Of a stretch of DNA of 45,421 bases, positions 1-8,062 are shown in pieces. The position numbers and the translations under genes are program-made. The stretch is from a bacterium. Its GTDB lineage: Bacteria; Patescibacteriota; Microgenomatia; JAMCZE01. Below the pieces are notes generated by a model. It made no database searches. It was not told the DNA's origin and worked only from the letters and a program-made list of their open reading frames with translations. The stretch spans positions 1 to 45,421 of the forward strand of contig JAJYKY010000002.1 in assembly GCA_021788195.1 (NCBI GenBank). Reading direction: 5' to 3'. Within the stretch, counting starts at the first letter, position 1. The number at the start of each line of letters is the position of its first letter.

Positions 1-138
1 GTACTGAGGGAAAAAGGTGTCCGGGTCAGTTTGCCGGAACTTATGACTGCGGCAAAAAATGCCGGTTTAACTAATAAGAGGGAGAAGGAAGAGATGGCTG
101 AAAAGTGGCAGGAGTTAGGTCTGCTTACGGATATTTAA
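1..138 (+). CDS. 3' end of a hypothetical protein (partial, runs in from the window edge)
   Basis: Frame open from base 1 to TAA 136-138 (VLREKGVRVSLPELMTAAKNAG...LGLLTDI); converges on the NUDIX gene. Confidence 0.45.
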   Translation, partial: VLREKGVRVSLPELMTAAKNAGLTNKREKEEMAEKWQELGLLTDI

Positions 139-606
139 AGATTCCTCCAGCCTGGTAAGAAAACTTTTCTGGGCGGGGAGGATTTTAACGGCGGCCCGGT
201 CCAAAATAAAATAATTACCCCGGTCGATTTCCGGAAACTTCTGCCTTTTTCCTGATTTGGGAGGCCATTCCATCTCAAAAGTGTTGCTGGTCAGCTTTTC
301 GGGGTCGAAGTTACCGTCTTCAAACGCCCAGGCGAAAACGGTCTTGCCGTTAAGGTAAATGACCGACCCGAGGTCTAAAAATATTTTGTCCTGGCTGACG
401 GTTAGGCCGGTTTCTTCGGAAAATTCCCGGACAGCAGCGGCAAATAATTTCTCGCCCGGCTCAGGCCAGCCTTTGGGAATGCCCCAGACCCCGTTGTCCT
501 TGTTTCTGAAATACGGCCCGCCGGGGTGGACCAGAAAAACTTCTAATTTTTTGTTCGGTTTCCGGTACATTAACAATCCGGCACTGATTTCTTTTTCGGG
601 GTTCAC
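115..606 (-). CDS. NUDIX hydrolase (predicted NTP pyrophosphohydrolase)
   Basis: LVHPGGP and Nudix box PKGWPEPGEKLFAAAVREFSEETG; start moved to GTG 606 because a TATGCT -10 box lies 7 nt upstream. Confidence 0.9.
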   Translation of the reverse strand: MNPEKEISAGLLMYRKPNKKLEVFLVHPGGPYFRNKDNGVWGIPKGWPEPGEKLFAAAVREFSEETGLTVSQDKIFLDLGSVIYLNGKTVFAWAFEDGNFDPEKLTSNTFEMEWPPKSGKRQKFPEIDRGNYFILDRAAVKILPAQKSFLTRLEESLNIRKQT

Positions 607-789
607 AATATAGAGCATAACAAAAAGATATTCTTTTGCAATCCTTGACAAGAGCTAAAAAGTGCGCGTTAATAAATCTACGTCTTGGGAAGCCGACCTC
701 TTTTTTGTGGCTGATTTGATACACATTGACCTCTTGCAACCCCCGGGAAATTTAATTTACACTGGTTCGGATTTCTGCCTCAATCTAAC

Positions 790-1500
790 ATGTCTTTACC
801 CGTGGAGTTTTCTGATATCGCTCCCCAATATTGGGCCCTGGAAGGCGGCGGCGGCTGCGGCAAGGATACGGCAGTCGGCGTTTTAGCTCCGGAAATTACT
901 CACCTGACCGGGCGGATAGTGGTCACGACCCGCGAACCGGGCGGGACGCCGCAGGCAGAAATTATTCGGGAACAGATTTTTAAAGCCAAAGGAAAAAAGG
1001 CCTGGACCGGCCTGCAGATTGTTGACGGCTTTAACCGGGCCAGAGTGCTTTTGGTCGAAGATTTTATCAAGCCGAATCTTTGTGCCGGGCGGCACGTTTT
1101 GACCGACCGCTACGCCGCTTCCACCTGGGCTTACGAAGGCGGCGGAGAGGGAGTTCCTTTTGACCTTATCGAAGAGATGCACCTGAAACGTGTCGGGCTT
1201 TTCGGGCCGGACGCGACTTTTTACCTAAGGCTGTCCGCTCCGAAGATTGGCTTAAGGAGAAAGCCGAAGCATATGGACAACGACGCTTTTGATCTGGAAA
1301 CGGTCGAGTACCAAAGGCGGGTGCACGCCGTTTACGACCGGCTTTACGAGGAAAACCATAACCCTGACAACATTAATCCGATTTTCGGGCTCTGGTATTT
1401 AATTGACGCCGACTGTCCGCCGGACCAGGTCGCTGTTCAGCTCCAGCAAAAAGTGCGCCAGCATCTGGAACTTCAGGAAAGCCGGAAAATTTTTCTCTGA
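790..1500 (+). CDS. tmk: Thymidylate kinase
   Basis: P-loop LEGGGGCGKDT, TREPGGT, DRY-x-x-ST-x-AY motifs. Confidence 0.85.
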   Translation: MSLPVEFSDIAPQYWALEGGGGCGKDTAVGVLAPEITHLTGRIVVTTREPGGTPQAEIIREQIFKAKGKKAWTGLQIVDGFNRARVLLVEDFIKPNLCAGRHVLTDRYAASTWAYEGGGEGVPFDLIEEMHLKRVGLFGPDATFYLRLSAPKIGLRRKPKHMDNDAFDLETVEYQRRVHAVYDRLYEENHNPDNINPIFGLWYLIDADCPPDQVAVQLQQKVRQHLELQESRKIFL

Positions 1501-1518
1501 TAGGGTACAATTCTTTCC

Positions 1519-1680
1519 GTGGCAAAAAGTTTTCCCGAAAAACATAAGCCGACGGAGGGCGGAAAAAATATTAACGGTGCCGTGGCCGACCTGGCCAGGG
1601 AGGAAATTATCCGTACTCTGGCACTTATGGCTGAACGCAGAAGGGAAAGGAAACGGCGCAAAGTGACGCCGCCGTCTTGA
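1519..1680 (+). CDS. Small basic hypothetical protein, 53 aa (below the ORF-track cutoff)
   Basis: GTG 1519 to TGA 1680, TACAAT 1506-1511 lies 7 nt upstream; fills the tmk-rpsB gap. Confidence 0.5.
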   Translation: MAKSFPEKHKPTEGGKNINGAVADLAREEIIRTLALMAERRRERKRRKVTPPS

Positions 1681-1704
1681 AAAAGCTAAAAAAGCTGGTA
1701 AAAT
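1677..1704 (+). promoter_or_regulatory. Sigma70-type promoter of rpsB operon
   Basis: TTGAAA 1677-1682, 16 bp spacer, extended -10 TGGTAAAAT 1696-1704. Confidence 0.6.
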
Positions 1705-1710
1705 AAAGAC

Positions 1711-1783
1711 ATCACTCACATCGGGCGCTATAATCCCTGACTTTCCGCTCCCGATGGTGGCTTAAGGGATTTTTCCAGAAGAC
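1711..1783 (+). promoter_or_regulatory. Structured rpsB 5' leader, candidate S2 autoregulatory pseudoknot
   Basis: CATCGGGCGC 1719-1728 pairs with GCTCCCGATG 1747-1756 (9/10); loop AATCCCT 1732-1738 pairs with AGGGATT 1765-1771. Confidence 0.55.
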
Positions 1784-2485
1784 ATGAAAGATATTGCCTT
1801 AAAAGATTTGTTGGAAGCCGGTTGCCATTTCGGGCACCAGAGTACCCGCTGGCACCCGAAAGCTGCTGGCTATATTTACACGGAACGCGAAGGTGTTCAT
1901 ATTATTGATCTGGCTAAAACCCGGGAAGGGCTAGTTGCGGCCGGAAATTACCTTCGGGAGACGGCCAAAACCGGCGGGACGGTAATTTTTGCCGGGGTGA
2001 AGCGCCAGGCTAAGGGAATTGTCGCCGAAGCGGCTAAAAAGGCCGGAGTGTTTTACCTGACCGAGCGCTGGCCCGGCGGGCTTCTGACGAACTTCCCGGT
2101 CCTAAAAAAGAATCTGGACCGGATTACGGAACTGAAGGCCAAGTCCTCCGACCAGGGCTACACCAAAAAGGAACGGCTTTTGGCCTACCGGGAAATGGAA
2201 AAACTTTTGCGGCAGTACGAAGGTTTGGTCGGAATGGAAAGAATTCCGGAGGCCGTTTACCTGATTGATATTAAAAAGATGGCCGGGGCGGTTCGGGAAG
2301 CGCACAAAACGGGAGTTAAGATCGTCGCGATTACCGATACCAATGTCGATCCGAACCAGGTTGATTTCGGAATTCCAGCTAACGATGACGCCGTCGGAAG
2401 TATTAAAATAATTACGGATTATCTGGCGGACGCGTGGATTGAAGGGAAAAAGGAATATAAAGAACCGAAGGCCGAGGACAAATAA
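1784..2485 (+). CDS. rpsB: 30S ribosomal protein S2
   Basis: LLEAGCHFGH, RWPGGLLTN, DTNVDP, IPANDDA. Confidence 0.98.
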   Translation: MKDIALKDLLEAGCHFGHQSTRWHPKAAGYIYTEREGVHIIDLAKTREGLVAAGNYLRETAKTGGTVIFAGVKRQAKGIVAEAAKKAGVFYLTERWPGGLLTNFPVLKKNLDRITELKAKSSDQGYTKKERLLAYREMEKLLRQYEGLVGMERIPEAVYLIDIKKMAGAVREAHKTGVKIVAITDTNVDPNQVDFGIPANDDAVGSIKIITDYLADAWIEGKKEYKEPKAEDK

Positions 2486-2557
2486 TTTTAAATTTTAAAC
2501 CGGTTTGAAAATTGAAACATTCATTTCAAATTTCAAATTTCGAATTGTAAATTTCCT
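2486..2557. repeat. AT-rich heptamer repeat tract (ATTTCAA family)
   Basis: ATTTCAA ATTTCAA ATTTCGA ATTGTAA from 2523, with opposite-orientation TTTGAAAATTGAAA upstream. Confidence 0.75.
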
Positions 2558-3004
2558 GTGATTTCCGTAGATGATATCAAAAAACTCCGTGAACTGACCG
2601 GGGCCGGAATTGCCGACTGCCGGGAGGCTTTGGAAGAAACCGGCAGCGATATCGACAAGGCCGTTGAAGTGATCAAACAAAAAGGCTTGGAGAAAGCGGC
2701 GAAAAAGGCTGACCGGGAAACCCGTCAGGGCCAGGTTTTCTCGTATGTTCACGGGGGAAAAATCGGAGTTCTGGTAGCTCTTCTTTGCGAAACCGATTTC
2801 GTGGCCAAAACTGACGATTTTCAAACTTTAGGCAAAGAACTTTGCCTGCAGGTTGCCTCGATGGACCCCAAAACTGTCGATGAACTTTTAGCTCAGGAAT
2901 ACATCCGCGATCCGAAGTTGAAAATTGATGGTATGATTAAAGGGGTAGTGGGAAAGTTGGGGGAGAACATAAAGATAGGGGAATTTACGAGGATAACAAT
3001 TTGA
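2558..3004 (+). CDS. tsf: Elongation factor Ts, short form (148 aa)
   Basis: IKKLRELTGAG, CETDFVAK, LGENIKI; follows rpsB. Confidence 0.96.
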   Translation: MISVDDIKKLRELTGAGIADCREALEETGSDIDKAVEVIKQKGLEKAAKKADRETRQGQVFSYVHGGKIGVLVALLCETDFVAKTDDFQTLGKELCLQVASMDPKTVDELLAQEYIRDPKLKIDGMIKGVVGKLGENIKIGEFTRITI

Positions 3005-3148
3005 AATTTGTTTCACTTTGCGAAAGTAAATTATTACATAATTTTCCAAATTTTAATTGAATTTGAAAATTTAAATTTGAAATATTTAAAGTTGATCCCG
3101 ATCGAATCGGGATTGATTTCAAATTTCGAATTTCAAATTGTAAATTGA
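3005..3148. repeat. Heptamer inverted repeat enclosing a GC-rich palindrome
   Basis: Arms 3060-3083 and 3116-3139 are imperfect reverse complements; central ATCCCGAT-CGA-ATCGGGAT 3095-3113. Confidence 0.75.
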
Positions 3149-3691
3149 GTGGACGATATCACTTCTCAAATCACTCCGAAATTTCAAAAGGCCATTGAGG
3201 TAGTCAAGCAGGATTTGGCAACAATCCGGACCGGCAAAGCCTCACCGCAACTGGTTGAAAATCTACCCATAGAGGCTTACGGAGCCAAAATGAAACTTCT
3301 GGAGTTGGCGACCATTGCCGCGTCCGACCCGACGACGCTTCTTATTACCCCGTTTGATGCCGGGAATACCGAAGCGATTGCCAAAGCCATTTCCGAGGCC
3401 AATTTGGGCCTGACCGCCATTCCCGAAGACACCAAAATCCGGGTAGTGGTTCCGCCGCTTTCCGAAGAACGCCGCCAGGAATATGTCAAGCTGGTCAAAA
3501 ATAAAGTGGAAGGCGGGAAAATCATGATCCGGCAAATCCGCCACGATGCCATGGAAGATGTGGCCAAAGCCGAAGCCAATGAAGATGAAATAGTGCGGAT
3601 GGAAAAAGAAGTCCAAACCCTGACGGATAAAATGGTGGCCGAACTGGATGTTTTGGCCGAAGCGAAAGAAAAAGAGTTGATGAGTCTGTAG
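3149..3691 (+). CDS. frr: Ribosome recycling factor
   Basis: IRTGKASP, PPLSEERR, IRQIRHDAM. Confidence 0.97.
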   Translation: MDDITSQITPKFQKAIEVVKQDLATIRTGKASPQLVENLPIEAYGAKMKLLELATIAASDPTTLLITPFDAGNTEAIAKAISEANLGLTAIPEDTKIRVVVPPLSEERRQEYVKLVKNKVEGGKIMIRQIRHDAMEDVAKAEANEDEIVRMEKEVQTLTDKMVAELDVLAEAKEKELMSL

Positions 3692-3693
3692 CT

Positions 3694-4857
3694 ATGCTGT
3701 TGACAATCGTTGTCTTTCTGGTAATCCTCTCGGTACTTGTTCTGGTTCATGAATCCGGGCATTTTTTAGTGGGAAAACTGTCGGGGATGGGCGTCGAAGA
3801 ATTTGCTTTGGGGCTGCCTTTTACCAAACCGCTCTGGTCAAAAAAACTTGCTGACGGGATGAAACTGTCTTTCTACCCCGTGCTGTTTGGGGGATTTGTT
3901 AAGCTTCTGGGCGAAGAGCCCGACTCCGCTGAAGCTTCGCCGGGCAAGGGACCCGTAAAAGGGAAATATTTTTATAAAAGCAATGTCTGGCAAAGGATTG
4001 CGGTGGTCGTGGCCGGGGTGACGATGAATCTTTTTTTGGCTGTCGCCGCCTTTTATCTTTTTTTGGGCCTGTCCAATTTCCGCCTTTTGGTCCCGAAGTT
4101 AGCCGATTATAACTTTATCAGTCCGCACCGGAATTTAGTGGTTATCAGTGCGGTTGAAGACAACACTCCGGCCCAGACAGCCGGGCTTTCTTCCGGTGAG
4201 GTAATTGTTTCAGCTGACAATACCGGCTTCTCCGGCCTTGTCGATTTTCAGAGCTTTGTTAAAAAACACGCCGGAGAACCGATTAAACTGACTTTGAGCA
4301 ATCTGGGTCTGACCAGCCAACGCCAGGTAACCGTGACGCCCCGGAAAAATCCGCCGGCCGGGCAGGGAGCGTTAGGAATCGGGATAGCCGAGGCTTACGA
4401 TTTGGAATTTAAAACTCCCGGGCAAAAATTGACTTCCGGTTTAAGTTACGCCGCGGACATGTTTATTTATAACCTGCGCGTTCTTGGCTCGTTTATTTCT
4501 CTGGCTTTTAAAACCGGAAACACCGCACCCCTGTCCGAAAGCGTTTCCGGGCCAGTCGGGATCGGGGCGGCCGTCGGGGATATTTTGCAGTTGCCCTGGA
4601 ACGAGGCCGTAAAACAGCTGATTAATCTTTTGGGGCTTTTGTCCCTGTCGCTGGCTTTTATGAACATTTTGCCGATTCCGGCTTTGGACGGCGGCCGATT
4701 AGCTTTCTTAATCGTGGAAGCCGTGACCAATAAAAAACTGGCGGCTAAATACGAAAACCTGATCAACCAGGCGGGGATGATTATTTTACTGGGCTTGATA
4801 CTGCTGATTTCCTTTAACGATATTGTTAAAATCGTCGCCCCGTTCTTCGGAAAGTAA
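3694..4857 (+). CDS. rseP: RseP-like M50 intramembrane zinc metalloprotease with PDZ domain
   Basis: HESGH, GGFVKL, NILPIPALDGG. Confidence 0.93.
   Translation: MLLTIVVFLVILSVLVLVHESGHFLVGKLSGMGVEEFALGLPFTKPLWSKKLADGMKLSFYPVLFGGFVKLLGEEPDSAEASPGKGPVKGKYFYKSNVWQRIAVVVAGVTMNLFLAVAAFYLFLGLSNFRLLVPKLADYNFISPHRNLVVISAVEDNTPAQTAGLSSGEVIVSADNTGFSGLVDFQSFVKKHAGEPIKLTLSNLGLTSQRQVTVTPRKNPPAGQGALGIGIAEAYDLEFKTPGQKLTSGLSYAADMFIYNLRVLGSFISLAFKTGNTAPLSESVSGPVGIGAAVGDILQLPWNEAVKQLINLLGLLSLSLAFMNILPIPALDGGRLAFLIVEAVTNKKLAAKYENLINQAGMIILLGLILLISFNDIVKIVAPFFGK
3918..3948. repeat. Short REP-like palindrome in frame within rseP (encodes PDSAEASPGK)
   Basis: GCCCG 3918-3922 / CGGGC 3941-3945 around palindrome GAAGCTTC 3931-3938. 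Confidence 0.5.
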
Positions 4858-4983
4858 TTTGGCAAGTTTGACAGGGAGATATCAAAGACGCGCCAGTTAT
4901 CCCTTTGGGGTCGGAGAATATTTGACGGAATCATCCGCCCTGTCTGTCCACATACTGGAGGCCAACCCCTTAGGCATTCCGTC

Positions 4984-5012
4984 TTGCTCCGCTAAAGACT
5001 TATTGATAAACT
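4984..5012 (+). promoter_or_regulatory. Leaderless-type promoter of proS
   Basis: TTGCTC-17 bp-TAAACT with TG extension; GTG start 7 nt after the -10 box. Confidence 0.6.
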
Positions 5013-5019
5013 TCATCTA

Positions 5020-6204
5020 GTGCGCCAGAGTCAATTATTTCCGAAAACTATTAAGCAAGCACCGGCGGGCGCGGTAGCCGTAAACCACAAACTCCTCGTC
5101 CGGGCCGGGTTTGTTGACCAGCTGATGGCCGGGTCATGGACGCTTTTGCCTCTGGGATGGCGGGTGATAAATAAGATAAACAACATTATTCGGGAAGAGA
5201 TGAACGCTACCGGAGCAGAGGAAGTCCTCATGCCTTTGATGCATCCCAAAGAAGTTTGGGAGGAAACCGGACGCTGGAACAGCGCTTCGGAAATTATGTA
5301 TAAACTCAGGGATGTCCGGGAAAAAGATCTGGCCCTCGCTTTTACTCACGAAGAAATCGTGCTGGATCTGGTGCGTAAGCACTTGCAGTCATATTCGGAT
5401 TTACCCATCAAAATTTACCATTTTTCCACAAAGTTTCGTAACGAGCCCAGGGCTACCGGCGGGATTTTGCGCGGCCGGGAATTTATGATGAAAGATCTTT
5501 ACAGTTTGCACGCCACGGAAGAAGATTTCTGGAAATATTATGAAGAAGTCAAGGAGGCTTATCTGAAAATTTTCTCCCGGTTGGGGTTAAACGCCATTAT
5601 GACCGAAGCTTCCGGCGGAGTTTTCACCGATAAGCATACTCATGAGTTTCAGGTGGAAGCCGTTTCCGGCGAAGATACGATTTATGTGGATAAAACCGGT
5701 AAGGGGATTAATAAGGAAATTTTTGCCGGAACGGAAGCGGAGTATAAAAAGATCACCGCCATTGAGGTGGGCAATATTTTTGCTTTCGGCACTTATTACA
5801 GCGAAAAGATGGGCGTGTACTTTACGGACAAGGACGGCAACAAAAAGCCGGTGTGGTTTGGTTCTTATGGCATCGGGCCGACCCGGGTGATGGGTACAAT
5901 CGTGGAAGTTTTCCATGATGAAAAAGGTATTGTCTGGCCGGAAAGCGTCGCCCCGTACAAATACCATCTGATCGGCTTAAACGGCAAAGGCGAAGATCTT
6001 TATAGAAAACTGCAGGATAATGGGGTCGAGGTTCTGTTTGACGACCGGGATGTTTCGGCGGGAGAAAAGTTTACTGATGCGGACCTGATCGGGATTCCGT
6101 TTCGCCTGGTCGTGTCCGATAAAACAGGGGATAAAGTAGAAATCAAAAACCGCAAGACCGGAGAGACTAAACTGGAGAGCCTGAACGTAATCCTTCATGA
6201 ATAG
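5020..6204 (+). CDS. proS: Proline--tRNA ligase, short form without INS editing domain
   Basis: KFRNEPR-x-x-GGILRGREFMMKDLYS, SYGIG, FTDADLIGIP. Confidence 0.96.
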   Translation: MRQSQLFPKTIKQAPAGAVAVNHKLLVRAGFVDQLMAGSWTLLPLGWRVINKINNIIREEMNATGAEEVLMPLMHPKEVWEETGRWNSASEIMYKLRDVREKDLALAFTHEEIVLDLVRKHLQSYSDLPIKIYHFSTKFRNEPRATGGILRGREFMMKDLYSLHATEEDFWKYYEEVKEAYLKIFSRLGLNAIMTEASGGVFTDKHTHEFQVEAVSGEDTIYVDKTGKGINKEIFAGTEAEYKKITAIEVGNIFAFGTYYSEKMGVYFTDKDGNKKPVWFGSYGIGPTRVMGTIVEVFHDEKGIVWPESVAPYKYHLIGLNGKGEDLYRKLQDNGVEVLFDDRDVSAGEKFTDADLIGIPFRLVVSDKTGDKVEIKNRKTGETKLESLNVILHE

Positions 6205-6482
6205 TCCGGAATATATCGCAACCTGCCAGAATGCCGACTGCCCGGCCCGACGGATATCCGCCAAATCCTACAAAGAACTTCTGACTAAAGTTTGTGGCCC
6301 ATCATCTTAGCAACCAGATTTTTACTTTTCGCGGCAATCCTGCCAGGCCTTGCCATTTATTTCCGATAGAACTCCATAACGGCGGAGAAAAACCGGAAGA
6401 CAAAGGCTTACTGATTTTTCCGACCGAAGGGCCGGTAGACTTTGAACAACTGGGAATCAAAACTACCTTCGACCCGTTTTAA
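6197..6482 (+). pseudogene. Frameshifted small Cys/His metal-binding protein (DUF1059-like pattern), about 94 aa if repaired
   Basis: ATG 6197 overlaps the proS end; removing one T of TTT 6291-6293 joins it to ORF 6294..6482, giving CQNADC...ELLTKVVAHH. Confidence 0.5.
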
Positions 6483-7723
6483 CCGGCGATAATTTCTTCC
6501 AATTCCTTAATCCCGCCGAAGGCGATCCGGTCGGGGACTGCTGACTTAGTTCCCAGCATTAACGCCGGGGTGATCACGAAGTTGCCGAAACGGTGGTTAA
6601 TTTTATCCAAAGCTGCCACCAGATGCCGTTTTTTAGCGGTTTCGTCGAAGAAAGATAACTGCTCCAGGTTGGTTTTCTCGAGGTTAAAACAGGACTCGGC
6701 CAAAATAGCTACCGGTTTGCGGTACGGAGCGTGGCAGAGGATTTTAAAAGCTATCCGGTAAATGTCCCGGGAGTCAAAAACAGGTTGAGACAAAGCTTTC
6801 CCTTGATGCCAGTACGACCCGTCCCGGTAGAGAAGAGAGACGTGGACGCCCCGGCAGTCGTACCCGGCCATACGCATCCGTAAACCGGTTTTTTCCACCA
6901 GTTTTTGTAAAATCGGAGCCAGTTGTTCCGGGGTACTGAGTGGCTTGGGCAAGGCAAAAGAATTGCCGTAACTGCGGCGCCCGAAAACGACATCGTCGGC
7001 TTCCCAGCCGCGCAATCGTAAATACCAGTCGTAGCCCGTTACCGAATGGAAAGCCTGTTCCAAAGTCCGACTGTCGGCGTTATAAAAATCCATCACGGTA
7101 AAAATGCCGGCCCCGTTTAACCGGACACAGTTGTTTTTCTTAATCCCGGTCAGGTCCATGAGATTAAGATGCCGGTAAACCTCCTGAAAATTAGCGGTGT
7201 TGATTTCGTCCAGGCCGTCCGGTTTGTGTAAGCCCGCAGCGATCTTGGCCAGATACCGGTTCGGGGCAATCCCGACGGAAATTTTTAAATGTTCACCGAT
7301 TTCGTCCCGCAAACGCTGTTTTATTTCCGTCGCTACGGCAGACATGCCTTTTTGGTAAGCCGGATAGCCTTCGAGATCAAGAACAAATTCGTCAATGGAT
7401 TTCGGGGTGACAGCAGAGGTGTAATCAGCCAAAAGTTTTTTTAACTTCAGATGAATGTCCCGGTATTTGTTCGGATCCGGCTCCAAAACGATAAGATCGG
7501 GGCAAAGCATTTTGCCGTCGCAAACGCGCATTCCGACTTTGACGCCTAACTTCTTCGCTTCAATAGACGGGGCGACAATGCAACCTTTCGGGGAGTTATA
7601 GGCGGCGACGGCTACGGGTTTGTTCCTTAAAAAAGGGTCAGCCTGCTGTTCGATGGAAGCAAAACAGGAATTTAAATCCAGATGCAGGATGGTGCTGGGT
7701 TTGGGATTGAAAGGCAGTTCCAT
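6479..7723 (-). CDS. dinB: Y-family translesion DNA polymerase (DinB/Pol IV)
   Basis: HLDLNSCFAS, SIDE, LAKIAAGLHKPDG, clamp-binding-like QLSFF; ATG 7723 lies 1 nt after the upstream stop. Confidence 0.93.
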   Translation of the reverse strand: MELPFNPKPSTILHLDLNSCFASIEQQADPFLRNKPVAVAAYNSPKGCIVAPSIEAKKLGVKVGMRVCDGKMLCPDLIVLEPDPNKYRDIHLKLKKLLADYTSAVTPKSIDEFVLDLEGYPAYQKGMSAVATEIKQRLRDEIGEHLKISVGIAPNRYLAKIAAGLHKPDGLDEINTANFQEVYRHLNLMDLTGIKKNNCVRLNGAGIFTVMDFYNADSRTLEQAFHSVTGYDWYLRLRGWEADDVVFGRRSYGNSFALPKPLSTPEQLAPILQKLVEKTGLRMRMAGYDCRGVHVSLLYRDGSYWHQGKALSQPVFDSRDIYRIAFKILCHAPYRKPVAILAESCFNLEKTNLEQLSFFDETAKKRHLVAALDKINHRFGNFVITPALMLGTKSAVPDRIAFGGIKELEEIIAG

Positions 7724-7724
7724 G

Positions 7725-7985
7725 TTAGCCGGTTTCACCGTCATGAATTTCTTCGACGGTCCAAAGCAAGGTGTCCGTGTTTAAAACCAGGCGGAAAAAA
7801 GTGTCCCGGCTGGCGGCGGAAAAGACATGGAAGAGTGTCCGGCCGATCCGGAAAGTGTGGTGCAGACCGACTTTCTCAATTAAATATTCCCGGCCGTCAA
7901 ACAGAATCTTTTTGGGAGCAACTTCCCTGGTTTTGTGGTTGGAGGAAAGTAAAACCGAGATCGGAGCCTGAAGTTTTTGTATCAT
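7725..7985 (-). CDS. Small beta-rich protein translationally coupled to dinB
   Basis: 86 aa ORF, first gene of the dinB transcription unit; FDGREY and FRLVLNTDTLLWTV segments. Confidence 0.8.
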   Translation of the reverse strand: MIQKLQAPISVLLSSNHKTREVAPKKILFDGREYLIEKVGLHHTFRIGRTLFHVFSAASRDTFFRLVLNTDTLLWTVEEIHDGETG

Positions 7986-7991
7986 AAGTTA

Positions 7992-8020
7992 GTTCTACCC
8001 GAAATAAACCCGAAAGGCAA
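7992..8020 (-). promoter_or_regulatory. dinB operon promoter containing a direct-repeat LexA-like box TTCGG-N6-TTCGG
   Basis: Minus strand TTGCCT (8020-8015), 17 bp, TAGAAC (7997-7992); plus-strand CCGAA 7999-8003 and 8010-8014 fill the spacer. Confidence 0.65.
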
Positions 8021-8062
8021 TGGCGCAAAATAGATCAAAAAATTAGGGTAAAATGGAGGCGA

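Noticed and set aside
645..789. Possible small RNA between the NUDIX gene and tmk
   Set aside because: Promoter-like hexamers only; no convincing structure or family signature
4858..5019. T-box or other leader before proS, or ORF 4823..5020
   Set aside because: No T-box consensus or terminator; promoter geometry points to leaderless proS; no recognisable coding motif
2558..6204. Short EF-Ts and ProRS as truncated pseudogenes
   Set aside because: Both keep their essential N- and C-terminal motifs; short forms are known natural variants
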